A DNA stretch of 64,000 nucleotides from Thecamonas trahens ATCC 50062 (Eukaryota; Protista; Apusomonadida). Both the position numbers and the translations under genes were made by a program. Under the pieces are notes generated by a model, which saw nothing but the letters and a program-made list of their open reading frames with translations, searched no databases and had not been told where the DNA came from. Shown here piece after piece: positions 21,382 through 32,180 of this stretch. The stretch spans positions 408,483-472,482 of the forward strand of contig NW_013657659.1 in the NCBI RefSeq assembly GCF_000142905.1, read 5' to 3'. Position 1 is the stretch's first letter. Each line of letters opens with the position of its first letter.

Positions 21382-22873
21382 TTAACGCCAGATCTGGCGG
21401 ATGCTCATGTTCTCGTTCTCGTTGCGGTGCATGACCTTTGCGACGGCCATGGTAAAGTCCTCCTGGGAGATGTGGATGCGGCGCTCGCGGAGGGCAAACA
21501 TGCCGGCCTCTGTGACGACGGCCTTTGTCTCTGCGCCCGAAGCGCCGCCGAGAAGCGAAGCGATCTTCTTGAGGTCGATGCCGCGGGTGAGATTCATCTT
21601 GCGCGAGTGGATCTTGAGGATGTCGAGGCGTGCGGTCTCGGACGGGTTGGGGAACTCGATCTTGCGGTCGATGCGGCCCGGGCGGAGGAGGGCCGGGTCG
21701 AGGATGTCGATGCGGTTTGTGGCCATCAGAACCTTGATGTTCTGCGAGGCCTCAAAGCCGTCAAGCTGGTTGAGTAGCTCGAGCATGGTCCGCTGGACCT
21801 CCGAGTCGCCGCGCGAGCCTTCGATGCGCGACGAGCCGATCGAGTCGATCTCATCCATAAAGATGATGGACGGCGCGTGCTCGCGCGCCATGATGAACAG
21901 CTCACGGACCATGCGCGAGCCCTCACCGATGTACTTTTGCACCAGCTCCGAGCCCGAGACCCGGATAAAGGTGCACTCGGTGTGGTGGGCGACGGCGCGG
22001 GCGAGGAGGGTCTTGCCGGTCCCCGGCGGGCCGAACAACAGCACGCCCTTGGGCTGCGCGATGCCAAGCGCATCAAACAGTTCCGGGTGCTTGATGGGGA
22101 GCTCGATGACTTCGCGGATCTGCTTGATCTGCTCGTCGAGCCCGCCGATCATGTCGTACGTTGCGTCGGGCACCTTCTCGACACGCATCAGCGACACAAT
22201 CGGGTCGACCTTGTTGGGCAGGATCTTGTGGAGCTTGTACGACTCGGACCGGAGCGCAACTCGCGTGTTCGGCTTAATGTCCTTGATGTCCACTCCCTTG
22301 TCGAGCTTGACCACGTACTTGCCCTCCGGGTTGACCTTGACCAGCACCCGGTCCTTGCCCATGGCCTTGACCACCTCGCCCACGTACGAACCAGACGTCG
22401 AAAGCACCTTCAGCTCCTCGCGCAGCTCACGGACCTGCACTCCCCCACCCTCGTGCAGTAAGTGCTAGCTGTAGCTGCTGAGGAGCCTTGGCCCTGCACA
22501 ACTGGCATGCCAGGCAAGGCAGTGGCAGCCTTCGATCGGGCGCAAAAAATGGACGGGTCGCCCTGCTGCTTGCTGCTTGGCGCGCCACCTTCCATAGCAG
22601 GCAGGGGGCGAACAGGTACAGAGCAGGGGGGAGGGGGGGGGGGGGGGGAGTAGGGGAATAATGGGCTGGAGACTGGGAGTATGGGGAGTAGGGAGGGTGC
22701 AGGGGAAGGAGGCGGCACGGTACCTTTGAGTTGAGGTCGTTGCGCTGGGCCTCGAGCCGGCGCAGGTTCTCGGTCTTGTTCCGGACGGTGGCCTCCAGCT
22801 TGAGGATGCGGTCAGCGTAGTAGGAACGGAGGCCCTCGTGGCTGCCTGGGGCGGCCGCAGACGACTTTGTCAT
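21382..22873 (-). CDS. PSMC5: 26S proteasome AAA-ATPase subunit Rpt6; exons 22873-22724 and 22434-21382
   Basis: [15 protein letters not shown]|[72 protein letters not shown]. Intron gtaccg...gtgcag is in phase 0. Confidence 0.97.
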
Positions 22874-23058
22874 GCTCTTTGTGTGAGCGGTGACGAGTGT
22901 GGGTGGTTGGGTGGTGGTCGAGGTAGGACGTGCGCTGCGGGAGGGCGAGGTCGCTGAGCGGCGGGCGACGGGCGACGGGCGACGGGCGGAGGGTGACGGG
23001 CAATGGGTGGCGGGCGGGAATGGAAGGAGGGGCATATCATTCTAATGGTCAGAGTCTG

Positions 23059-25053
23059 TCAAAAGAAAAGCTCACCATCCGAGTCGGCATCCGCGTCGGG
23101 TGGATCGCTGGGCGATGGTGCGGGGTTGGGGTTGGGGTTGGGGGTAGCGGGTGCGGGCGCGGGTGAGGCCGAGCCGGACGACGACCAGTCCGAGTCGGAG
23201 AGGGCATCTGCGGGCGCAGCGCGTCGGGTGCCATGCGGGTCCAGCTCGGGCCTAGACTTGGACTTGGACTTGGACTTGGACTTGAGGCTGAACTTGGACT
23301 TGGACTTGGACTTGGCCTTGGCCTTGGACTTGGACTTGGACTTGGCCTTGGCTTGAGACTTGGACCTGGCCTTGGACTTGGACTTGGCCTTTGTCTTGGA
23401 TGCTGATCTGCGTGACGGTGTTGCGCGCGAGGAGCGCGACTTGGACATGTCGGAGCGCGACGAGCGGTGGTGATGGTGGCGAGATGAGCGCGAGCGGGAG
23501 TGGCGATGGGCCGACGACGAGGCCGAGGCAGATGCGGAATCCGGGGCAGATGCGGATGCCGAAGCGGATGGCGAGGCGTGGCCTGAGCCTTCGGCCGAAG
23601 CCGGGCCAGAGGCATGACCGGCGTGGTCAGCATTGTCGGCGTCTGCGTCGGCGGCAAGGTCGAGGCTCGACGCCGGGCGCGGCGAGGAGACCGGGGTGTG
23701 GTCCTCGGCAGCGTTGCCGGCAGTGCCTGCGTCCGAGTTGCACGACGAGAGGAGAGTGGCATCGGAGCCTGCCGGCGAGATGTGTGCGGCAGTGGCGTGA
23801 GCGATGCGGGCCTTGCGGGCCTCTTGCTTGGCAGAGAGGCGCGACTGGACGGAGAGCTCGGCGAGCTGCTCAAACATGGCCTCCTGCTTGACGCGGGCGA
23901 GGTCAAGCTCGACACGCGCGGTAGAGAGCTCGTTGGCGAGGCGGGCGTTGTTGGCCTGTGTGGCGGAGAGCTCTTCCTCGAGGGCAGCGGCCTTGGCCTC
24001 TGCGGCGGCGCGGGCGGTCTCGGAGGCGTCGAGGTCCTCGGTGACCTGCTTGGCGTAGGCCTCGAGTGACTCGAAGCGCGGATCCGGGCCGCGGCGCTTG
24101 ACGTTGGAGACAAACTCGTACTTGCGCTGCAGCTCGGCGTAGGCTTCGTTCGAGCGGGCGAGCTTTTTCTTGAGCACATGCAGCGTCATCGACATGTTGC
24201 GCAGCTTGTTGGGCGAGACTGGGACGGTGGCCGGCCCGTGGTGCTCGTCAAGGAGCTGCTCGGGCGTCGGGGTGCCCGGCGCGTAGCTGACCGACTTGGA
24301 GTGGCTCGCCTTGGCAGGCGGAGCCGGGGCCGGGATCGACGCAGCCACCGCCTGCGCCTCCTGTAGCAGCGACTGTAGCTTGCTGACCAGGGCAGCGTGC
24401 GCGGCCGAGTCGGTGGCGGAGACCCGCGGCGAGCGGCCCGACGGGCGCGGCATGTCGTCGATCGACAGCAGGCCGGGCGGGGCACCCGAGCCCGTGCCGA
24501 TGCTGCCTAGCGGCGAGCGCGGCGGGCCGGCGGAGCTTGCACTCTCCTCGCTCTCGCGGCGGGAGCGGGGGAGTTGACTCTCCGAGTTTGTCGAGGCCAG
24601 GCTCGCACCGGAGCGCGAGACCGCAACCGAAACCGAGCGCTGACGGCCGTTTGCAGCACGCTCGTTGTGGGCAAGCTTGCGATGGGCAAGATTCCTCGGG
24701 TGGGCCTCCGAGTCGAGCTCGGGCACCGAGCCAGAGAGGTCGACGCGGACGAGCGGAGGCTCGCGGCTCGACGTCGAGCCTGTGCTGGCGTTAAAGCGGA
24801 CGTTGTTTTCGGGAGGGGCGGGAGCAGTTTCAGCAGCAGGCTGCGGCATGGTTGCAACTGCCGGGTCGTACTCGTGGGCGTGGGCGTCGGCGTAGGCAGC
24901 CAGAGCTGCCAGGTCGGTGGCGTACGTTGAGGCCAGGTCCTCAAAGGCCACGTGAGGCTGCAACACCTCGCCCGAGCCAAAGGCAAAGCCAGGTGCGCCA
25001 ATAAAGCCAGAGCCTGTTCTCGGGTCAAAGGGCTCAAAGGCACTGGTGCTCAT
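23059..25053 (-). CDS. Hypothetical coiled-coil protein with a C-terminal (KS/KA)n basic repeat
   Basis: ATG at 25053 (MSTSAFEPF); central coiled coil (LKKKLARSNEAYAELQRKY...); KSKSKAKAKSKS repeat at about 23255-23395. Confidence 0.7.
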   Translation of the reverse strand: MSTSAFEPFDPRTGSGFIGAPGFAFGSGEVLQPHVAFEDLASTYATDLAALAAYADAHAHEYDPAVATMPQPAAETAPAPPENNVRFNASTGSTSSREPPLVRVDLSGSVPELDSEAHPRNLAHRKLAHNERAANGRQRSVSVAVSRSGASLASTNSESQLPRSRRESEESASSAGPPRSPLGSIGTGSGAPPGLLSIDDMPRPSGRSPRVSATDSAAHAALVSKLQSLLQEAQAVAASIPAPAPPAKASHSKSVSYAPGTPTPEQLLDEHHGPATVPVSPNKLRNMSMTLHVLKKKLARSNEAYAELQRKYEFVSNVKRRGPDPRFESLEAYAKQVTEDLDASETARAAAEAKAAALEEELSATQANNARLANELSTARVELDLARVKQEAMFEQLAELSVQSRLSAKQEARKARIAHATAAHISPAGSDATLLSSCNSDAGTAGNAAEDHTPVSSPRPASSLDLAADADADNADHAGHASGPASAEGSGHASPSASASASAPDSASASASSSAHRHSRSRSSRHHHHRSSRSDMSKSRSSRATPSRRSASKTKAKSKSKARSKSQAKAKSKSKSKAKAKSKSKSKFSLKSKSKSKSKSRPELDPHGTRRAAPADALSDSDWSSSGSASPAPAPATPNPNPNPAPSPSDPPDADADSDGELFF

Positions 25054-25233
25054 ACCAGGCGTGACCGTTGTTTGGGTGAGTATGAGCGAGAGAGGAGAGC
25101 GGTGGTTGGCGGTTGGCTGGCGGTGACTTTGTTGGGGGAGGAGGGGGGGGGTGGGGTGGTCATGATTCCATAAGAGTTTGTTGTTGGTGGGAATGGTGGG
25201 TGGCCCAGGCACATTCGTCTCGCTCTCGCCGGA

Positions 25234-26673
25234 ATGAAGTCGCAGCCGTTGGCCGGTCCATTTGCTCCCGGCATGGGAATGGGTCCTGGCATGGGCATGG
25301 GTATGGGTATGGGTATGGGTGTTCCGCAGCGAGTGCCTGTCGGCCCAGCAATGGCTATGCCGCAGGGTAGAGCCATGCCTATGGCTGGCGGCCCGGTCGC
25401 CCACGGCCGTCCGTTGCCTCTCGGCCAAGCCGCCGCCGGCATGCCGCACCCGCATCTCGGCCCGCAGCAGGGCCACCCGGGCTTCGCCCCACACATGCCG
25501 CACGTTCCGCACCACCACCCGCAGTCGCCGGTCGGAAAGTACTACAACCATGGTCTGCACGCCAGCGGACAGGCCGGCGGGCAGGCGGCGGCAGCGGCGG
25601 CGGCGGCGGGGCAGTCCAGTGTCGCGCCCGAGGCGTACGCCGTTCGTGCGGCGCTCAAGGCGTCGATTGCCGAGGCCGAGGCGCGCCAGCTGCGCAAGGC
25701 CAACTCGGTCCTTGTCCGGCAGCATGTGTCGTCCAAGCTGCATCGGCTGCCGCCGGCGCCGCGCGACTCGACTGGCGCCCGCGAGTACCGGCTGGAGGAG
25801 GCGCTGGTGACGGAGCGCGCCGAGTTTACCCGCATCCTCGCCGACCTGGAGCGCGAGCTGGAGGAGGTCAAGGCGGCGGCGGCTCGGTATGCCGGACAGG
25901 ACGGCTCGGCGGCACTCATCAACCGCGTGGCCGAGCTCGAGGCCGCGCAGAGCCAGGCCGAACAGGCCATGGCCGTCCTCCGCCGCGAGCGCAACGTCGC
26001 ACTGCAGCAGACCGATCTTTGGGCAACGTCGGCAAAGCGGCTGGGGTATGTGGCGCAGTCCGGCCGGCGGGCCAAGGACGCCGCGGCGGCGCTCGGCCCG
26101 GTCGTGCGTGGGCCAGCGTCAGCCGCTTCAGGCGCGCTCGCCCTCGAGAACGAGGCACTGCGGACCAAGCTTGCCCAGGCCCGCGCCGCCGCCGACGCCC
26201 GCGAGTACGAGGCTGCTAAGGAGCGCGAGGTCCGGGTCATGACCCACGGCCAGTACGCAGACCGCGACGTCGACATCCTCCGCATCAAGAACGCCAATCT
26301 CCTCCGCGACCTCAAGACTCTCGCCCACGAGAACCTCCGTACCAAGCGCCGCTACAAGCTCGCCAAGCGGACACTCGAAGAGACCGAGCGCGCCTTGATC
26401 GACGCCCAGGGCGACGACGTCACTCTCGCAGGCACCAACGCGTTTGGCGCACAAGGCTCGCAGCACTCGCTCGCCTCGACCGCCTTTGCCTCCCGTCGCC
26501 CGGCAGGCATTCCGGGCGTCGTCCCGGCCGTTGGCCCGGCCGCCGCGCCCTACACTCTTCCGGCTTCGCTCCCGCCGCAGGCTGCGCCCTACGGCCGTGG
26601 TCCCATTCATGGCCTCGCCGGTGGCCCCGCCCGTGGCCCGCGCACCAACATCCCCGGCGTTGTCCGCAAGTAG
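25234..26673 (+). CDS. Hypothetical coiled-coil protein with an M/G/P-rich low-complexity N-terminus
   Basis: 479-aa ORF with host-like codon usage and several coiled-coil stretches. Confidence 0.7.
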   Translation: MKSQPLAGPFAPGMGMGPGMGMGMGMGMGVPQRVPVGPAMAMPQGRAMPMAGGPVAHGRPLPLGQAAAGMPHPHLGPQQGHPGFAPHMPHVPHHHPQSPVGKYYNHGLHASGQAGGQAAAAAAAAGQSSVAPEAYAVRAALKASIAEAEARQLRKANSVLVRQHVSSKLHRLPPAPRDSTGAREYRLEEALVTERAEFTRILADLERELEEVKAAAARYAGQDGSAALINRVAELEAAQSQAEQAMAVLRRERNVALQQTDLWATSAKRLGYVAQSGRRAKDAAAALGPVVRGPASAASGALALENEALRTKLAQARAAADAREYEAAKEREVRVMTHGQYADRDVDILRIKNANLLRDLKTLAHENLRTKRRYKLAKRTLEETERALIDAQGDDVTLAGTNAFGAQGSQHSLASTAFASRRPAGIPGVVPAVGPAAAPYTLPASLPPQAAPYGRGPIHGLAGGPARGPRTNIPGVVRK

Positions 26674-27258
26674 TTGCATCGCGCATGCAAGCGATCTTGA
26701 GTGAAAGACATGATCTGTGCAGCGAGGTGGATGGATGAGAGTGGGGACGGAGGTAAGTGGGACTGTGGGGTGGCGCGAGGTCCGGGTCGGAGTAGCAGTC
26801 CGAGCTGGGCTCTGCCTCGGTTCGAGCCACCTGACTCTGCTCTAGCGTACGAGCGTCGGGAAGCGACCGATCTGGCCGCCACTTCACGCCGGCGACTACA
26901 CAGACTTATTTCTATCTCTCTAGCACTGTGAGCGCAACCATGATGGACACGTACCTGCTGGGGTGGTCGTTGTGGATTCTTGCCTCGTTCTGCTGCGTGG
27001 TGGCTGCACCCGTCCTCGCTGCCGTCGCAGACAACCGACGCCAGCGCTCTGGCCGCGCACTCTGACAACCTTCACCTTGCATACTCTAGCGGTGGTGGCG
27101 GTGGTGGCTGTGGGGCCAGACATGTCGCCCTGCTGGCGACGCGGGGGCCCGGCGGCGAGGCGGGGCCAATGATTTGGGTCAGGTTGGGCCCAACCGCGCG
27201 CAGCGATTGGTGCTGCGGGCGAGGTAGATGTGTAAAGCGGCGCTGTGACAGGTGTGCT

Positions 27259-28348
27259 TTATGTGAGAGCGGCGGCGATGGTGTCGAGTGAAGCGACAAA
27301 CTTGGGCAGCGAGTCGAGGTTGAGGAGGCGGAGATGGTTGAGGGCAGCGGCGGCGGCGGAGCCGATGGCCGGCGCGCAGTCGTCGAGCGGCTCGTCCATG
27401 GCGGCAGCGGCAGCAGCGTCATCGACAGCAGCGTACAGCGCCTTGCTCAGGTCTAGCAAGTCGTCCATCCACACGACCTGCCAGCCGCGGCCGTTGATGA
27501 CGGCGTCCCACTCGGTCGGGCGGAGGGTGTCGAGCGACTCGGCATCGCGTGAGGCGAGGTACTTGACCGCCGACGCCGACGCCATCAGAAGCTGGTGCGC
27601 CGACGCGGCCGTGGCCGCCAGCGCTAAGAGCGCCGCAGCATGCGGATCGTCACTGGCCGCGCTCGACCCGGCGCCGTCGGGTCCGACGCCGGCGTCCTCG
27701 TTGAGCTCGTTGATGGCGTCGGTGAGGACAGCGGCCCAGCCGCGGATCCGACCAATCACCGCCTTACCCGAGTCAACGGGTGTGGTAGCCAGCGCCTCGC
27801 AGGCACTTGTCAGCATGCCGACCTTGGTTGCCGGCACCGAGTCTGGATCGTTGGCCAGGGCGGTGAGGACCGCCACCGCCGCGCTGAGCACAGCATCCAC
27901 GCGGGCAGCCACGCCGAGAGCCACCTCTCGACAGGCATGTGCGTCGGTGGTGGGAATCAGCGCGGCGATCTTTGACAGAGCCTCGCCGATGTGCCCCCGC
28001 AGTGAGGCCACCGCTTGGGCTTCCGAGTCGGCTGTGAGGCCGAGCACAACTGCCATCTCCTCGATCACCCCCGATGTAAGTCCACAACCAGTGATCTTCC
28101 TCTCCTCTCACTCGCACACTCCCACTACCTCACGTACACTCGATAAACTGCTTGCGAGCAGTGAGCGCAAGCGGCGAGACGTTTGCCAGCAACTCGCCAG
28201 CCTCTTCGACCGAGAGCGCTGGAGCCGAAGCGACGCTCGAGTCACCACCGGAAGCATAGGCAGCTGCAGCGACCCGTGTCCGCACCACATCAGCAAGCAC
28301 CTCCCGAGCAAGTACACGGCGTTCGTCGTCCACAGCTGTCCCGCTCAT
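27259..28348 (-). CDS. GCIP/cyclin-D1-binding protein 1 (CCNDBP1)-like protein; probably two exons with an unresolved junction near 28065-28140
   Basis: KVGMLTSACEALATTPVDSGKAV...VLTDAINEL and MDDLLDLSKALYAAVDDA resemble GCIP-family blocks. The upstream segment MSGTAVDDERR... starts at 28348. Confidence 0.6.
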
Positions 28349-28708
28349 GACTCTGTCTATGTGTGTGCGTATGTGGTGTGTGTGTGGGGGGGGGTGTTGA
28401 GTGAGGTGTGGCCAGTCGAGTTGGCTGAGATGGGGGACGGGAAGGGAGAGAGGGGGGGACATTCGCTCGCTGTGGGCTTCCCTGCCGCCTTGCGGGGAAG
28501 TACGGCCTGTATCGCCCGTCTTGACACGATGATGGGGGTGGTTTGTGGCTAAGTATGATCGATGGTTGTAGTTGGAGTGATGGTGGGAGGAGGAGGAGGA
28601 GGCGGTGTCAGTCGTGGGTGCTGCTGATGCCGATGTCGATGGCCGTGCCAACGCCACTCCACTCGCTGGGAGACAAGGCGGAGGGGAGCGAAAGGAGCGA
28701 GGCGAGGC

Positions 28709-29104
28709 ATGCGTGTGCTGGGACTTGGGACGGACATTGTGAGCGTGGCGAGAGTGGCGGCGACGGTGGGGCGGACAGGCGGACGGTTTGTGCAGCGAGT
28801 GCTGACGAGCAACGAGCTGCAGGAGTACTCGGCGAGGCTGTCCGAGGTTGGCGAACACGGCGCGCATCAGTACCTCGCTGCCCAGTGGGCGGCCAAGGAG
28901 GCGGTCTACAAGGCACTGGGCGGCGAGTCGGTGGTGGTGTGGAGGGATGTCGAGGTCCTGCGGGCGCCATCGGGCGCGCCTACTGTCACCATCCCCGACG
29001 ACGTTGTTACCGATCGCGGCATCGACTCTGTCCTCATCTCGCTCTCGCACGAGGAGAGCCACGCCGTGGCCACAGCCATTGTCCAGGGCCGCCGCACTGC
29101 GTGA
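28709..29104 (+). CDS. acpS: AcpS-type holo-[ACP] synthase (4'-phosphopantetheinyl transferase)
   Basis: GLGTDIVSVAR, RFVQRVLTSNE, YLAAQWAAKEAVYKAL, WRDVEV, SGAP, ISLSHEESHAVA; 131 aa, which is AcpS size. Confidence 0.92.
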   Translation: MRVLGLGTDIVSVARVAATVGRTGGRFVQRVLTSNELQEYSARLSEVGEHGAHQYLAAQWAAKEAVYKALGGESVVVWRDVEVLRAPSGAPTVTIPDDVVTDRGIDSVLISLSHEESHAVATAIVQGRRTA

Positions 29105-29201
29105 CAGCGTGCCATCGGGCGTCGCTGAGGTGGCTAGGCGGAGCAAGACTGGGCTTGTTCAGCTGAGATTGCACTGCTCCTCGGCCTCGGCTGATATTGG
29201 G

Positions 29202-29562
29202 CGCGTCTCGCCACCGACGTGACGAACGGGCTGGGTCCGACTCAGCTTTGTCCGACTCGTCCGGCCCGGCCCGGCCCGGCTCGTCCGGCCCGGCCCGGCT
29301 CGTCCGGCCCGGCCCGGCTCGTCCGGCACGGGCTCGGCTATTCCGGCCCGGCTCGTCCGGCCCGGCCGGGCTCGTCCGGCACGGGCTCTGCTATTATCGG
29401 GCTTTGTCCGACTCGTCCGGCCCGGCTCGACTCGTCCGGCCCGGCCTGGCCCGGGCCGACTCGTCCGGCACGGGCTCGGCTATTATCTGCCGCGTCTTGC
29501 CACCGACGTGGCGATCGGGCTGTGCTTGGCTGGGCCCGATTCAGCTGGGCTCAACTCGTCCG
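29202..29562. repeat. Complex repeat island: nine ctcgtccggc units bracketed by a 32-bp direct repeat
   Basis: Seen directly; the bracketing repeats at 29202-29233 and 29491-29522 match at 29/32 positions. Confidence 0.9.
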
Positions 29563-29622
29563 AACTCGGCCGGTCGAACTCGGCTCATCTCACTCGTCTC
29601 TGGCCGTCTGTTCAACGTATCC

Positions 29623-31281
29623 ATGACGACCCTCGACGACTACCGCGTGCTCGATGCCAACCTCGGCAAGGGCTCCTTTGGCCAGGTGGCCCGCATTGAA
29701 CGCAAGCGTGACGGCAAGGTACGTATACAATTTCCCCATCCCCATGCCCGTCGCTCTCCTTGTTGCCTCTCCCTATGGCCATGCCCTCCTTGGCTAGTGC
29801 GTTGCCGGAGCCTCGCCTGCGCGCGCGCAACATGAGCGAGCCAGGCACCGCCCGGGTGCAAGACAGCAGGCTCCCTCCCGACCACCAACCATACCACCAG
29901 CTACACCACTACCATGAACATCACTCTAGCTTGTCGCGATTTGTGTGGTATGTGGCGGTGTCGCGGTAGGCGGGCTGGTGAGGCGGGCGAGCGGGTGGGG
30001 TCGGGTTTAAGCGCCAACAAAATCTGCAAAATTTCAAACGGAATTTGCTTCGGGCACGGCAGCAGAGATAGTGGCCCATGACGTGGGAGAACTCACTCAC
30101 GAGAGCGCGTGGGCTGGGCGGTGTACAATGGACAGACGCTTGTGTGGAAGGAGATGGAATACGGGAAGATGTCCGAGAAGGAGAAGAAGCAGCTCGTGTC
30201 CGAGGTCAACATTCTGCGCGACCTCCGGCACCCGAACATTGTGCGGTATGTGGACCGGATCATTGACAAGGACTCGTACAAGATCTACGTGATCATGGAG
30301 TTCTGCGAAGGCGGCGACCTGGCGCAGTTTATTGCCAAGTGCCGGCAGCAGCGGCGGTACATCGAGGAGGATCTCATCTGGCGGGTGCTGACGCAGCTCC
30401 TGCTCGCGCTCCACGACTGCCACTCGCGGCAGATCCTGCACCGCGACATCAAGCCGGGCAACATTCTCCTCGACGCCAACAAGAACGTCAAGCTCGGCGA
30501 CTTTGGGCTGGCGCGTGTCCTCGGTTCAAAGTCGCTCTTTGCGCACACGTACGTCGGCACGCCGTTCTACATGTCGCCGGAGCAGGTCCGTGGTGTGGCG
30601 TACAACTCCAAGTCGGACGTGTGGTCGCTCGGGTGCCTCATCTACGAGATGGCGGCGCTCTCGCCGCCGTTTGTGGCCTCGACCCACACCAAGCTCATCG
30701 AGAAGATCAAGGAGGGCCGCTACCGCCGGCTGCCGTCGGTCTACTCGGAGGACCTGACCAAGGTTATTAAGGCCATGCTCGAGATGTCGACGACCCGCCG
30801 GGCCTCGGTCCGTTCGCTTATGGACTTTCCGCCCATCGCCCTTCGCCTCCGCGAGCGCAAGGTCTCGCAGCACTACGCAGCGGTGAAGAAGCGTGAGGAG
30901 GAGGCCGAGAGCCGCGCTGACGAGCTCACCGCGCTCAAACGCTCGCTCAAGGCGCGCGAGGCCAAGCTCGCCGAGCGCGAGCGTGTCGTCTCCTCGGTCT
31001 TTGCCACCCTCAAGGCCAAGCTCGAGGCCCTCGGCGAGCCCGTCCCGGCCCTCGAGTCGCTCTTCGCCGAGGCCCGTGCAGGCGCCTCCCGCGAGGCCAC
31101 TCCCGAGCTCGAGGACGCGTTTACCATCTCGCATACCTCGCCGCCGACTTCGGCCGACCTCGCCACCGCCGCGCCCTCGTCGTCGTACCTGACCTCCGAC
31201 GCTTCGCAGCTGCGCTACGGCGCCAAGCTCCGCTCGCGCGCCGTGCCCTCGACCACCGCTACCTATGGCATCCGCTCGTAG
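29623..31281 (+). CDS. NIMA-related kinase (NEK2-like) with C-terminal coiled coil; exons 29623-29718 and 30136-31281
   Basis: LGKGSFGQV, LVWKEMEYGKMSEKEKKQLVSEVNILRDLRHPNIVRY, MEFCEGGDL, HRDIKPGN, KLGDFGLAR, YVGTPFYMSPEQ. Intron gtacgt...gacag is in phase 0. Confidence 0.93.
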
Positions 31282-31339
31282 TACCTTTCCTCCACTCTAT
31301 CTCTCTGCTAGAGCCAATAACATCTAGCGTGTACCCTCT

Positions 31340-31744
31340 TCACCTCTTGCCGCCAGCATGCTCGTCCCACGAGGCGATCTTGGCCAGCCAGTGGGCAGCG
31401 AAGTTGTCGTCGTCACATTCGGCGTCGCTGTCGGCGTCGCTGTCAGCGAAGCTGTCGTCGTCGCATTCGGCGAGCCACAGCTGATCTGCACCTTCCGCAA
31501 AGTCATCGCCACTGCTAGCATCATCACCAGCACCATCGTCATCACCAGCACACACACTGTCTCTCCTCCCAACCACCCGCCTGTGCCACGGGTGTAGCCG
31601 CGGGCCAGCACTCCGTCGTGCCTCACGGTCGAGTGCCCACAGCCGCCCGAGCCATCCGCCGAGCCGTAGCACCAGCACCACACCAAGCGCCACATAAACC
31701 GCATCCAGCACAGGGTCCATCCATGTTTCCAGCAGTATGTCCAT
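31340..31744 (-). CDS. Possible small single-pass membrane protein with an acidic tail
   Basis: Hydrophobic AVYVALGVVLVLRLGGWL then a D-rich tail; fills the gap between NEK and calpain; no homology recognised. Confidence 0.35.
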   Translation of the reverse strand: MDILLETWMDPVLDAVYVALGVVLVLRLGGWLGRLWALDREARRSAGPRLHPWHRRVVGRRDSVCAGDDDGAGDDASSGDDFAEGADQLWLAECDDDSFADSDADSDAECDDDNFAAHWLAKIASWDEHAGGKR

Positions 31745-31967
31745 CGTCTGCCAGCAGCTCAGTGCCACCTAGCGTCGAGTGGCCGCGTCTTGGCCAACCC
31801 TGGCGAACACGGTCGCGATCGCGATCGCGAACCCGGTCTCGATCGCGGCCTCGATTTCGAGGCTCTTCCCCCCCCCCCCCCCCCTCCTCCCCTCCTCCCA
31901 CTTCCTCCCTTCCTCCTCCTCCCCCCTCCCCCCCCTCTCCACCACCCTCCACCATCCAACAACGTCC

Positions 31968-31998
<31 letters not shown>

Positions 31999-32180
31999 CC
32001 ATCCTCACTTATCCACCCTCTCCGTCGTCCAACACCTGTACGATCAGGACACTCTGCCACGCCCCCTGCTCGCACGACCTTTTTCGGTGCCATTCGCCAG
32101 AACACAGCGACAGCGACAGCGACGGCGAGTAGTGACGACGACGGCGACGGGCACACCTCACGCACGACGACAGATACAGG

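Noticed and set aside
29202-29562. Repeat-spacer-like pattern suggesting a CRISPR array
   Set aside because: Repeats are only 10 bp, the spacers are themselves repetitive and not unique, there are no cas genes, and the context is eukaryotic.
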